Of a stretch of 38,328 bases of DNA, positions 16,949 through 26,681 are shown in pieces; position 1 is the first letter of the stretch; the number at the start of each line of letters is the position of its first letter. Below the pieces are notes generated by a model. The model did not search any database, was not told where the DNA came from, and saw only the letters and a program-made list of their open reading frames with translations. The DNA comes from Bacteroidales bacterium (lineage in GTDB: Bacteria > Bacteroidota > Bacteroidia > Bacteroidales > UBA12077): assembly GCA_028282585.1 (NCBI GenBank), contig JANQHR010000044.1, positions 1 to 38,328 on the forward strand, in the 5' to 3' direction. The translations under genes were made by a program, and so were the position numbers.

Positions 16949-17704
16949 CTAAAAACGATATTCAGGTCTTCGACCAGGCCTCTTCTTTTTAATCTTATAG
17001 TTAACGTTTATTACTGTAAAATAGTATACATCTCTTGCCTCTGAGGCTTCCGGACTAAAACCGTCAACGTAATCGGAGGTAACAAATCTTCTTCCTAACT
17101 CAAGTCCAACGTAAGTATCAGTTGATAACGGGTATTTAAATCCTAATCCAAACGGAACAACCAATCCTAAATTTTTATTACTTACAAACCTCTCACTTGA
17201 GATAAAATCATCTGATGCTTTTGGTTTAAAGTAAGCTCCCCCAACACCAACAAATACATATAAGTTAATACCTGCATTGAATTTCCTTAATTTTCCTCTT
17301 AAAGACATACTTTTATATGAAACTACCGCTTTTTCTTCGGTTAAATGATACTCCACCTGTCCGGTTAGTTCAAATAAATTTGAAGAGAACGTATAATTCC
17401 GACCTTCATTTATAGATTTTACATCAGAACCATGAAATCTGGCATACATAAGTCCTCCTTTTAGAGAAATTCTTTCATACAACTTATACCTATATCCAAA
17501 AGATAAACCTAATCTGGTAGATCCAATATCAAGATCGGCAAATCCCGATGCTCCTACTGAATTTGCACCACCTATGTCTCCAAAGTAATTAGAAATACCA
17601 ACACCGTAAACATATTCAGATCTAGATAATTTCCATCTTTGAGAAAAAGCCAGCGTTGGAATTAAAACCAATCCTAGTATTAATATACTCTTTGATATTT
17701 TCAT
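16949..17704 (-). CDS. DUF6089-family outer-membrane beta-barrel protein (PorG paralog)
   Basis: NYFGDIGG, GRNYTFSS, VPFGLGFKY, SDYVDG. Start moved to ATG 17704 (MKISKSIL.. signal peptide) because the track's TTG start overlaps a -7 box. Confidence 0.65.
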   Translation of the reverse strand: MKISKSILILGLVLIPTLAFSQRWKLSRSEYVYGVGISNYFGDIGGANSVGASGFADLDIGSTRLGLSFGYRYKLYERISLKGGLMYARFHGSDVKSINEGRNYTFSSNLFELTGQVEYHLTEEKAVVSYKSMSLRGKLRKFNAGINLYVFVGVGGAYFKPKASDDFISSERFVSNKNLGLVVPFGLGFKYPLSTDTYVGLELGRRFVTSDYVDGFSPEASEARDVYYFTVINVNYKIKKKRPGRRPEYRF

Positions 17705-17722
17705 TCTTTTCTTTGAATAAGG

Positions 17723-17730
17723 CAAAGTTA
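17723..17730 (-). promoter_or_regulatory. -7 box for the DUF6089-porG-uppS-bamA unit
   Basis: Minus strand TAACTTTG, 18 nt upstream of ATG 17704. Confidence 0.55.
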
Positions 17731-17818
17731 TCTTTTTTTATTAAAATTAAACAATAACCAAATTATTTTCAAGTTTTTACCCAATTATAAAAACGTTAAG
17801 TTTTTTTATTGGTTACGT

Positions 17819-18697
17819 CTAATTTCTCTTATCCAGTCCCCACATTAATTTATTTCTTAGTGTTTTATAGTAACTTGTATTATTTAATTTTAATAGCTGT
17901 ATCTTAAAATCGGCTTTGCAAATTTTAATAACTTCTGTATTTTTTATCATTACCGAACGATGATCTAACGATGCAATATAATTTAAAGACCTATCTTCAA
18001 GTTTTAGTTCCAATTTACTGTTATCAGGTAATACTATAGGTCTTACGGTTAAATTGTGTGGCGAAATTGGGGAAATAATAAAATTACCAGACTGAGGAGT
18101 TATAATAGGTCCGCCTACACTTAAAGAATATGCTGTTGAACCGGTAGGTGTAGATACTAATAAGCCATCCGCCCAATAAGAATTTAAGAACTCATCATTA
18201 ATATAAACATGAACAGTAATCATTGTTGAATCCACTTTCTGTACTGAAATTTCATTTAAACTATACGGAAACTCCTTAAATAATCCTGAAGAAGATTCAA
18301 GTTTTAGTAAGGCTCGTTCATCAATAGTGTATTCTTTTAAAAATATTGCATTCAATGCAGATTCGATATCTTCTTTGGCAATACTTGCTAAGAAACCTAA
18401 CTTGCCCGTATTAATTCCAACAATTGGAATTTTAGCATTACGAACCATATTTACGGCATCCAGAATAGTCCCATCTCCACCAATACTAAATAACATGTTA
18501 ATATTAGATTTTATTTGTTCATGCTTATTGTAAACATCAATATTTTTTGTTTCAAGGTTAATTTCTTTTATAAGGAATTTATAAAACTTTTCATAAACGG
18601 TAATCTGAACTTTTTTCTCTTTTAAAATCTGAAAAAAACGTTCGATGTAATTCTTAAATCCTTTATCAAAATTTCTGCCAAATATTGCAACTTTCAT
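17819..18697 (-). CDS. nadK: NAD kinase
   Basis: GGDGT, GINTGKLGFL, LNE, ADGLLVSTPTGSTAYSLSVGGP. The likely start is ATG 18697 (MKVAIFG) rather than TTG 18709. Confidence 0.95.
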   Translation of the reverse strand: MKVAIFGRNFDKGFKNYIERFFQILKEKKVQITVYEKFYKFLIKEINLETKNIDVYNKHEQIKSNINMLFSIGGDGTILDAVNMVRNAKIPIVGINTGKLGFLASIAKEDIESALNAIFLKEYTIDERALLKLESSSGLFKEFPYSLNEISVQKVDSTMITVHVYINDEFLNSYWADGLLVSTPTGSTAYSLSVGGPIITPQSGNFIISPISPHNLTVRPIVLPDNSKLELKLEDRSLNYIASLDHRSVMIKNTEVIKICKADFKIQLLKLNNTSYYKTLRNKLMWGLDKRN

Positions 18698-18698
18698 A

Positions 18699-20111
18699 TC
18701 AATCTTCAATTATAGGTGCTCCAAGATGGAAAAATATTCCATGTTCACCAAATTTATTTAATGAATATTCAATACGCAAAACTTTATCATAATAAGTTAC
18801 CAAATCTATACCAATTCCACCACTATATAAAAATTCATTTGTTATTGAATTATTTAAAGTATAATCTGAATTTACATAACCTGTATCAAAAAATATATTC
18901 GAATATAAGGCAAAATGAACCTTACCAAACTTATCCGAGCGAATAAATTTTACGTTAAAATTCTTTTGAGGGATGATTTCAAATTTTAAATTTGTTTTCG
19001 ATATATAAAAAATATTACCATTTGAAACATAATATTCCATTCCACGCAAATAGTTGTCATAACCAATTGCTTCCGAGAAATAAAATGAACTTTTATCGTT
19101 CAAATTTACCTGTCCTTCCGCACTGGTGTTAATAAAGAGTCTTTTGGATATAGGATAGTTTTCTTCTATAATTGTTTTAATTTTAAAATTTCCACTGCTG
19201 GTTAAAATTCCAAATCCATTTCTATGGATGGTAAAATGAAAGCGAAATCCTTTCAGTGGATATATTTTTGAATCTCTGTTATCATAATTATAAATATACC
19301 CTAAAGTAAAAAAATCTATTTCACTGTTCTTGTCAAAAAAGTAGTTGCCATTTAATAATAATACTGAGTCTTCAATAGATATACTTGAATATTTAATATT
19401 AATTAAATGATAGGTATTTAATTGCGGTCTGAAAGTATAAAAGTTGGATATTTGAAGTTTCTCCCTTGCATACTGATCGGTTAGCTTTAAATATTTTAAT
19501 TCATCGTTATAAATTGTATAAGGAACCTCATGATTTCTTATATATCTTACATCTATACCAGCTCCGATTCTCTGGCTTTTATCAATATAAGGATTATAAT
19601 AATAAACATTAAATTCATTATTGTATCCAAATATTGTTTTTAATTTCAATACTTCTTTTCGTCCTCTGAAGTTATTTATCAGCAAAAATAAGCCATAATC
19701 TATGCGAGACCATTCCTGATTTTTTAAAAATGAACTAAAGTTTCTATCTGCGTGTTCCAATACCGGATATGGCCAAACATACCACCTTTCCTGCATTTCT
19801 ATGTAAACATTCAGTTTATTGGAATCAATTGAATAATCGATTGTTACAAAATTGAATAATGAAGTATTTAATAAGTTTTCTTTTGATCTTGATATTTTTT
19901 CAGTAAGTTCTGATTGTACGATCTCATCACCAAGTTTAAAAACTAATTCCCTTAAGATTATATCATTCTTTGTTAGCTTATTTCCTTTTAATGAAATACT
20001 ATTAATTATAACATTTTTATGTTCTGTATGAACTTGAGAATGTATACTAAATGGGATAAAAACCAATAAAAAAAGGATTAATCGCTTTTTAGGACAATTA
20101 AAACTTTGCAT
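18699..20111 (-). CDS. Omp85/BamA-TamA family protein with a single POTRA domain
   Basis: Signal peptide, POTRA (GNKLTKNDIILREL..G..LxNxxLF..V), NFRGR, YDNRD..YP..G, LRGMEYY, FFDTG.V, barrel-like C-terminus. Confidence 0.75.
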   Translation of the reverse strand: MQSFNCPKKRLILFLLVFIPFSIHSQVHTEHKNVIINSISLKGNKLTKNDIILRELVFKLGDEIVQSELTEKISRSKENLLNTSLFNFVTIDYSIDSNKLNVYIEMQERWYVWPYPVLEHADRNFSSFLKNQEWSRIDYGLFLLINNFRGRKEVLKLKTIFGYNNEFNVYYYNPYIDKSQRIGAGIDVRYIRNHEVPYTIYNDELKYLKLTDQYAREKLQISNFYTFRPQLNTYHLINIKYSSISIEDSVLLLNGNYFFDKNSEIDFFTLGYIYNYDNRDSKIYPLKGFRFHFTIHRNGFGILTSSGNFKIKTIIEENYPISKRLFINTSAEGQVNLNDKSSFYFSEAIGYDNYLRGMEYYVSNGNIFYISKTNLKFEIIPQKNFNVKFIRSDKFGKVHFALYSNIFFDTGYVNSDYTLNNSITNEFLYSGGIGIDLVTYYDKVLRIEYSLNKFGEHGIFFHLGAPIIED

Positions 20112-20112
20112 A

Positions 20113-20778
20113 TCAAGTGTTTAAATAACGCATGAATAAATCATACCGTTCATTATATAAATCATCTTGCTCATCATATTCCATGAAGGATGCTTTAATA
20201 ATGTATTCGTAACGATTAAATGTTTGGATAACTGACGTGATATCTGTAACATTTACTTTTATTGTTACCTCCAACTTATTAGATTCCGGTTGTGTATTAA
20301 TATACATACTTAGAATTTTCGCATTATTCGACTCTATAATCTGCGAAATTTCTGTCATTGAATAGTCACTTTGCGCTATTTCCAATACAATAATTCCTCC
20401 TGGTTTCTCAATTGCGGATAACTGTGAAAAATAATGTAAAAGTTCTCTCATTTGAACAACGCCTAAAAATTTGTTCTTTTCATCAAGTACAGGAATTATA
20501 GTTAGCTTCAAACGAGCTGCAACCTCCATTACCTCATAAATATGCTGATTGCACCTAACAGAAGGACGTAAAAGAGACAATTTGTGATTTCCTATTGCTT
20601 CATTCGGATTATTTAAATCAAAAATATCTGCATCTGATATTAATCCTAAAAACTCCTCATTATTAACTATTGGCAGGTGAGATATGCGAAAAACCTCCAT
20701 CCAATTCAATGCCTCAACTGCCGTATCGGATGTACGTAATGAAGGAATTTCATCTGATATTAAATCTTTTGCCAACAT
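20113..20778 (-). CDS. CBS domain protein with a C-terminal ACT-like domain (AcuB-like)
   Basis: Tandem CBS (HLPIV..FLGLI; IIPVLD..FLGVV) followed by EISQIIESNNAKILS..FNRYEY. Confidence 0.8.
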   Translation of the reverse strand: MLAKDLISDEIPSLRTSDTAVEALNWMEVFRISHLPIVNNEEFLGLISDADIFDLNNPNEAIGNHKLSLLRPSVRCNQHIYEVMEVAARLKLTIIPVLDEKNKFLGVVQMRELLHYFSQLSAIEKPGGIIVLEIAQSDYSMTEISQIIESNNAKILSMYINTQPESNKLEVTIKVNVTDITSVIQTFNRYEYIIKASFMEYDEQDDLYNERYDLFMRYLNT

Positions 20779-20792
20779 AGTTTAACAGTTCT

Positions 20793-20841
20793 CAAAAATA
20801 CTCGTATTTTTGTTGCTATAACAAGTATATCAGTACGTTTG
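20793..20841. promoter_or_regulatory. Divergent promoter region CBS / pdxJ
   Basis: Minus-strand -7 box TATTTTTG at 20793-20800; plus-strand TTTG (20809-12)-N21-TACGTTTG (20834-41), a full -33/-7 match. Confidence 0.6.
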
Positions 20842-20867
20842 TTTATTTAATTGTTAAATAGCAACAT

Positions 20868-21581
20868 ATGACCAGACTAAGTGTAAATATAAATAAAATT
20901 GCAACATTAAGAAATGCCAGAGGAGGAAATATTCCTAATGTTTTAGATGCTGCAATAAATTCTGAGCGATTCGGTGCAGAGGGAATTACAGTTCATCCAA
21001 GACCTGATGAAAGACATATTCGTTATCAGGACGTATTTGATTTAAGTCCTATTATAACCACAGAGTTCAATATTGAAGGATATCCCTCAGAGGAATTTAT
21101 AAATCTGGTATTAAAAGTAAAACCTAATCAGGTTACTTTAGTTCCCGATCCTCCGGATGCATTAACTTCAAATGCCGGTTGGAACACAATAAAAAATATG
21201 GGTTTCCTTAAAAAGGTTATTTCAATGTTCCAATCCAAAGGAATTAGAACTTCCATTTTTATAGAGACTGACCCGGAACTCATCAAAGCCGCAGCTGATA
21301 CCGGAACAAATCGAGTTGAATTATATACCGAGCCATATGCTGCTCAGTTCTATCAAAGTAAGGAAAAAGCAATAGAACCTTTTGTAAATGCTGCTGAAAC
21401 TGCAAATAGTGTTGGATTAGGATTAAATGCCGGACATGATCTTAACCTTGATAACTTGAAGTATTTTAATCAAAACATTACTGGTTTGTTGGAAGTTTCT
21501 ATTGGGCATGCTTTAATTTCTGATGCTTTATATTTAGGCCTTGAAAATACAATTCAAATGTATTTGCGCGAACTAAAATAA
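20868..21581 (+). CDS. pdxJ: Pyridoxine 5'-phosphate synthase
   Basis: [41 protein letters not shown]. Confidence 0.96.
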   Translation: MTRLSVNINKIATLRNARGGNIPNVLDAAINSERFGAEGITVHPRPDERHIRYQDVFDLSPIITTEFNIEGYPSEEFINLVLKVKPNQVTLVPDPPDALTSNAGWNTIKNMGFLKKVISMFQSKGIRTSIFIETDPELIKAAADTGTNRVELYTEPYAAQFYQSKEKAIEPFVNAAETANSVGLGLNAGHDLNLDNLKYFNQNITGLLEVSIGHALISDALYLGLENTIQMYLRELK

Positions 21582-21586
21582 TTTCT

Positions 21587-22378
21587 ATGGAATTATTTTT
21601 CCGAAAATATGGGCAAGGCCCACCACTAATAATCATTCATGGGCTTTATGGATCGTCTGATAATTGGGTTTCTATCGGAAGAAAACTAGCCGAAAATTTT
21701 GAGGTTTACTTAGTCGACCAACGAAACCATGGCAGATCACCACATTCTCCACACCATAATTATCAGCTACTAAAAGAAGATTTACATGAATTTATGGATG
21801 TAAATTCCATCAAGAAAGCAATAATTATAGGCCATTCCATGGGAGGCAAAACAGCGATGTTTTTTGCAGTTGATTATCCGGAACGAGTGAGCCATTTGAT
21901 CGTAGCAGACATATCTCCAAGATCGTATAATGATACAAATTCTGAGCAACTTCTTTCCCATTCAAACATTATTAGGGCTATGTATAATCTGGATTTTTAC
22001 AGTATTCAAAGCCGAGATGAGGTTGGTGAAATTTTAGCTAAAGACATCCTTAATGCAAGAGTCAGACAATTTCTTTTAAAAAATGTGAAAAGATCAAAAA
22101 ACAATGAATATAACTGGATGCTAAACATAAAAGCTATTAGAAATGAGCTTCCAAATATTCTGGAAGGATTAAACGAAGATCAAGAACAAATTACAGGGTT
22201 CCCTGTACTGTTTCTGAAAGGAGAAAAATCCGAATATATTTCAGAAAAAGACCAAAAATTTATATCAAAGATTTTTCCATACGCTGATATTGAAACAATA
22301 CCCAATGCTGGGCATTGGTTACATGCTGAACAACCAGAGTTATTTCTTGAAAAAATTGAAGATTTTATTTTACAATAA
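21587..22378 (+). CDS. Alpha/beta-fold hydrolase (YbfF/ABHD11-like esterase)
   Basis: HGLYGS, DQRNHGRS, nucleophile GHSMGG, AGHWLHAE. Confidence 0.88.
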   Translation: MELFFRKYGQGPPLIIIHGLYGSSDNWVSIGRKLAENFEVYLVDQRNHGRSPHSPHHNYQLLKEDLHEFMDVNSIKKAIIIGHSMGGKTAMFFAVDYPERVSHLIVADISPRSYNDTNSEQLLSHSNIIRAMYNLDFYSIQSRDEVGEILAKDILNARVRQFLLKNVKRSKNNEYNWMLNIKAIRNELPNILEGLNEDQEQITGFPVLFLKGEKSEYISEKDQKFISKIFPYADIETIPNAGHWLHAEQPELFLEKIEDFILQ

Positions 22379-23107
22379 TCAATTCTCGGTTGTAGATTCA
22401 ACATTTTCTTCCTCAATCAACACTTCTCCCTTATATTTTAATAATAACTGAGCAATAGCAAGAACATCTTTTTCACAATATCTTACAATTCGAATTAAAT
22501 CTTTATCCTTCCAATAAACTTCAGCTACCATACTGCCATCAATATCATCTTTAGGTGTTGGAATGTTAAATACTTGAGTTAAAAGGTTAAGTGAAGTATA
22601 ATTTTTGTAATCACCAAATTTCCATAACTCCATAGTATCCAGAAACATTACTTCCCAAGGTTTCTTTCCTGCTATGTTAAGCAATTTTGGCAATTTAATA
22701 CCATTAATTAGCATCCTCCTGGCAATATATGGAAAGTCAAATTCTTTACCATTGTGAGCACAAAGCTGTAAATCCGAATTTGAGGCATTATATTTTTCAA
22801 GCATTTCGTAAAATTCACTTAAAACTCTCTTTTCATCATCGCCGTAAAAAGATTTTAACCTAAATGCCTTTTTTCCTTCTTTTTTTACTAAGATTCCAAC
22901 CGAAATACAAATAATCTTCCCAAACTCAGAATATATCCCTGCTCTCTGGTAAACATCCGATGCCGATTGATTTTCTTCCCTAAAAAATGATGATTTTTTC
23001 TCCCAAAATTCTTTAAAATTATCCGGAACTAAATCGAAATTTTCATACTGAGGAACTGTCTCAATATCAAGAAATAAAATATTCTCAATTTTAATATGGT
23101 TAAGCAT
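22379..23107 (-). CDS. Stand-alone DEDDy 3'-5' exonuclease (PolB-exonuclease-like)
   Basis: ExoI LDIET, ExoII HNGKEFDFP, ExoIII YCEKD. Confidence 0.85.
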   Translation of the reverse strand: MLNHIKIENILFLDIETVPQYENFDLVPDNFKEFWEKKSSFFREENQSASDVYQRAGIYSEFGKIICISVGILVKKEGKKAFRLKSFYGDDEKRVLSEFYEMLEKYNASNSDLQLCAHNGKEFDFPYIARRMLINGIKLPKLLNIAGKKPWEVMFLDTMELWKFGDYKNYTSLNLLTQVFNIPTPKDDIDGSMVAEVYWKDKDLIRIVRYCEKDVLAIAQLLLKYKGEVLIEEENVESTTEN

Positions 23108-23741
23108 ATGCTTTTTTATTTTTCTTTCCTAAATCCAAATTCTTTTCAATAATTGAAGATAGTAAATCTATTCCAACTTTATTCTCTCCACCTTGTGGAA
23201 TAACAACATCAGCATATCGTTTTGTTGGCTCAATGAATTGAAGGTGCATTGGTTTTACAGTTTTTTCGTATCGCTCTAAAACTTTATTTACTGATCTTCC
23301 GCGCTCAATGATATCTCTTTGAATAACTCTCATTAAACGATCATCCGCATCTGCATCGACAAAAACTTTTATATCCATCAAGTTACGCAGTTGTGCATTT
23401 TGAAGAATTAGTATTCCCTCAACAATAATTACTTTTTTTGATTCTACATGAATTGCTTCATCCGAACGTGTGCATGTTAAGTAAGAGTATATAGGCTGCT
23501 GTATTGGCTTACCTTGCTTTAATTTTTTTATATGGTCGATAAGCAATTTAAATTCCAATGACCTAGGATGGTCAAAATTTATTTCTTGCCGTTCCTCTAG
23601 CGGTAAATGGCCATTATCTTTATAATAGGAATCCTGAGGAATTATGGCAACTTCATCTTTTGGTAAAGTTTCAACTACTTTTCTTACAACCGTAGTTTTT
23701 CCAGATCCTGTGCCTCCCGCAATACCAATAATAAATGACAT
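23100..23741 (-). CDS. udk: Uridine kinase
   Basis: GGTGSGKTT P-loop, QDSYY, NFDHP, EGIL, RDIIERGR, FIEPTK. Confidence 0.95.
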   Translation of the reverse strand: MSFIIGIAGGTGSGKTTVVRKVVETLPKDEVAIIPQDSYYKDNGHLPLEERQEINFDHPRSLEFKLLIDHIKKLKQGKPIQQPIYSYLTCTRSDEAIHVESKKVIIVEGILILQNAQLRNLMDIKVFVDADADDRLMRVIQRDIIERGRSVNKVLERYEKTVKPMHLQFIEPTKRYADVVIPQGGENKVGIDLLSSIIEKNLDLGKKNKKAYA

Positions 23742-23814
23742 AACGATAAAAATTTAATACCTTTAAACTTATTTTGGTATGAAGATAATATAAATTTACA
23801 CAAAAAATTAAATC

Positions 23815-24117
23815 ATGATAAGGCATATTATTATGTTCAAGTTTCTTGAAGTAAAAGATGAAAATGATCGTTTACACAAAACAAACAGAATGAAAACAGC
23901 ATTTTCACCATTAAGAAATATCATTAATGTTGTTGAATCATATCAGGTAGTAACAAATGAGAAAAAAACAGATTTTTCTTACGATGTCGCTATAATTTCT
24001 GAGTACATGAACTGGGAACACCTGGAAATTTATATTAAACATCCTGAACACCAAAAAGCAATAGACGCTTGTAAAGACATTAAAAAAGACAAGGCAGTTA
24101 TAGATTACGAATTTTAA
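23815..24117 (+). CDS. Dabb / stress-responsive A/B barrel protein
   Basis: MIRHIIMFK, YIKHPEHQ, C-terminal VIDYE. Confidence 0.85.
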   Translation: MIRHIIMFKFLEVKDENDRLHKTNRMKTAFSPLRNIINVVESYQVVTNEKKTDFSYDVAIISEYMNWEHLEIYIKHPEHQKAIDACKDIKKDKAVIDYEF

Positions 24118-24127
24118 ATGTTAGAAG

Positions 24128-25132
24128 ATGAATCAATTATATCCATTAAAGTTTAAGGCAATTTTAAAAGAAAAGATTTGGGGAGGACAAAACCTAAAAT
24201 CAACTTTAAATAAAAATATTCCTGCTAATAAAAAAATTGGAGAAAGCTGGGAAATTTCAAGCGTTGAAGGAAATATTTCAATTGTAGAGAATGGATTTCT
24301 TGCAGATAACGAATTGAATGAACTCATCGAAATATACATGGGTGACCTTGTTGGAGACCGAATTTATGAGCAGTTTGGAACAGAATTTCCTCTACTGATT
24401 AAGTTTATTGATGCTAATGATGTTTTGTCAATTCAAGTTCATCCTGATGATGAGCTGGCAAAAAAAAGACATAACTCGTATGGAAAAACTGAAATGTGGT
24501 ATGTTGTTGATAATGAAAAAAATGCTGAATTAATTTCTGGATTTAATCATGAAATGGATAAAGAGCATTACTCACATCATCTAAAAAATAATGAACTGCC
24601 TCAAATCTTAAATACTGAAAAAGTAAATGCAGGTGATGTATTTTTTATTCCGGCCGGACGAGTTCATGCTATTGGAGCGGGAATTATTTTAGCTGAGATT
24701 CAACAAACATCTAATATTACCTACCGAATTTTTGATTGGAATAGAAAAGATGAAAAGGGGAATGAACGTGAACTTCACACTGAACAAGCTTTAGATGCCA
24801 TTGACTTTAGTGTATATGAAAATTATAAAACAGAGTATGGTAAAGAAAAAAATGTTACTTCTGAAATCATAAAAAACAAGTATTTTCAAACAAATATTTT
24901 AGAATTTGATCAAAGCATTGAAAAAAACTATAATCAACTGGATTCGTTTATAATTTATATGTGTTTGGATGGTAAGTTTGAAATTGAATATTATGAATCC
25001 GAAAAAATAGCTATAAAAAAAGGTGAAACAGTACTAATACCGGCGGTAATCGAACATTTAATTTTAAAACCCGTTGTTCAGAGTAAAATATTAGAAGTTT
25101 ATATTCCTAAGCAAGACAATGGAGAAGAATAA
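24128..25132 (+). CDS. manA: Mannose-6-phosphate isomerase, type I
   Basis: IWGG, GESWE, FPLLIKFIDA, LSIQVHP, GKTEMWY, GRVHA, EIQQTS. Confidence 0.92.
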   Translation: MNQLYPLKFKAILKEKIWGGQNLKSTLNKNIPANKKIGESWEISSVEGNISIVENGFLADNELNELIEIYMGDLVGDRIYEQFGTEFPLLIKFIDANDVLSIQVHPDDELAKKRHNSYGKTEMWYVVDNEKNAELISGFNHEMDKEHYSHHLKNNELPQILNTEKVNAGDVFFIPAGRVHAIGAGIILAEIQQTSNITYRIFDWNRKDEKGNERELHTEQALDAIDFSVYENYKTEYGKEKNVTSEIIKNKYFQTNILEFDQSIEKNYNQLDSFIIYMCLDGKFEIEYYESEKIAIKKGETVLIPAVIEHLILKPVVQSKILEVYIPKQDNGEE

Positions 25133-25550
25133 AAATTTATTAGAATTATATCAAAATAATGGAATTGTCCTTTTTGACGGATTCTGTAATTTATGCTCCT
25201 GGTCGGTTCAGTTCATCATAAAAAGAGACTCAAAAGATTATTTCAGGTTTGCATCGTTGCAGTCAGAAACTGCTATTGAAATATTAGATAGTTTTGGTAT
25301 TTCTGAAGGTTTTGATAAATCGGTAATATTAATCGAAAATCAAAAAGTTTATTTTAAATCGGATGCAGCTTTAAGAATAGCGAGAAGGTTAAAAAAATAT
25401 TGGAAATATTTATATTATTTAATCTACTTCCCAAAGTTTATCAGAAATTTTACTTATGATATAATTGCAAAAAACCGTTTCAGGTGGTTTGGAAAAAAGG
25501 AGATTTGTTATGTTCCGGAAGAAGATTATAGTCATAAATTCCTGGGTTAA
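25119..25550 (+). CDS. DCC1-like (YuxK) thiol-disulfide oxidoreductase family protein
   Basis: LFDGFCNLC (DxxCxxC), FASLQS, IAKNRFRWFG. Confidence 0.88.
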   Translation: MEKNKNLLELYQNNGIVLFDGFCNLCSWSVQFIIKRDSKDYFRFASLQSETAIEILDSFGISEGFDKSVILIENQKVYFKSDAALRIARRLKKYWKYLYYLIYFPKFIRNFTYDIIAKNRFRWFGKKEICYVPEEDYSHKFLG

Positions 25551-25571
25551 TCTGAATTCTTTTTGTCTCGG

Positions 25572-25595
25572 ATTTGCAATTCGCGAATTGCAAAT
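25572..25595. repeat. Perfect 24-bp palindrome in a convergent intergenic region
   Basis: ATTTGCAATTCG|CGAATTGCAAAT is its own reverse complement. Confidence 0.9.
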
Positions 25596-25777
25596 TATAA
25601 CTTTATAATTCTGAAACTAATATTCCAATTCTATTTTTGACGAATAAAATTCGACTGAGATCGTTTTATAATATGCCTCAAACTTGTTGATATTTTCAAA
25701 CCATTTGCATGATTATAAATATAATAACAAAATCCTAGTTTCAATGATTCCATCTTCTAAATAAATATATCCTAAAT

Positions 25778-26122
25778 TTATTTAGCAAAATACCTGTTTT
25801 TATCTTCGAAGAAATCCATTACCAGGGTTCTTTTCTTAAAATTCGCGGAATGTTTTACACCAGAAGGAATATAATAATGATCACCTTTTGTGTATGTTTT
25901 TGTTACTCCATCAATCGTTAAATCCATCTCACCTTCAAAAACAATTCCCCATTGTGCGCCATGAGAATGTTCCGCTACTACTCCAATGGCCTCGATAACA
26001 AAAAATACAGCCTGGTGGTTTTCTCCTTGTAATATTTTGCCATTTACTCCCTTAAAAGGAATGTCAGCATCAGGAAGATTCCTGATCATATCAGGATAAA
26101 TTGATTCATCAAATTCAGTCAT
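25778..26122 (-). CDS. Cupin domain protein
   Basis: HSH..QWG.VFEGE and GD...IPSGVKH metal-binding cupin motifs. Confidence 0.85.
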   Translation of the reverse strand: MTEFDESIYPDMIRNLPDADIPFKGVNGKILQGENHQAVFFVIEAIGVVAEHSHGAQWGIVFEGEMDLTIDGVTKTYTKGDHYYIPSGVKHSANFKKRTLVMDFFEDKNRYFAK

Positions 26123-26133
26123 AATAATATAAT

Positions 26134-26676
26134 TTATAGTTCTATTTTACCTTCCTCAAGTTGTTTATATTTTTTGCTAATCAATGCTATCAATTGGCTA
26201 ACCGATGTCATTGCCGTTGCGGTTTCCAAATTTATTGTTTTCTGCTGCAAACGAAGCATCAGAATTCCATATAAACCATTGAAACAAGCTTCAATTTCAT
26301 TTTCAACAGTTCCTTTCGATTTGTTCATCAACTCAACAATACCCTCCTTTGCCTTATTATAAATCTCAATATAATCTAAGTGTTCGGGAGATTTTAGCAA
26401 CTGTAAATGTAATTGATTTAAATCATTAATTGTATTCTGTATAAATTGAAAATGGCCAGTTTCCACTTTACCTTCCTCTTTCATCAGATCAATTAATCCC
26501 CGGTACCAATTTGAAATTTCCTTCTTTACATTTTCTGCCTGGTTGAATTTTTCTACTACATTTTTATTTATTTCATCGATGTCCATTTTATATGCTCGAA
26601 TCAAATCTTCGATTTGCCACATATAAAGAATATACTCTGCAATGTTTTCTTTCTTTTTTTGCTTTGCAATAATCAT
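26134..26676 (-). CDS. DUF4924 family protein
   Basis: ENIAEYILYMWQIEDLIRA and LYGILMLRL, conserved Bacteroidota motifs; usual position after pth-hslR. Confidence 0.75.
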   Translation of the reverse strand: MIIAKQKKKENIAEYILYMWQIEDLIRAYKMDIDEINKNVVEKFNQAENVKKEISNWYRGLIDLMKEEGKVETGHFQFIQNTINDLNQLHLQLLKSPEHLDYIEIYNKAKEGIVELMNKSKGTVENEIEACFNGLYGILMLRLQQKTINLETATAMTSVSQLIALISKKYKQLEEGKIEL

Positions 26677-26681
26677 AACAC

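Noticed and set aside
22379-23107. Stand-alone exonuclease as a defence-system component
   Set aside because: Housekeeping neighbourhood (coupled to udk) with no defence partners nearby.
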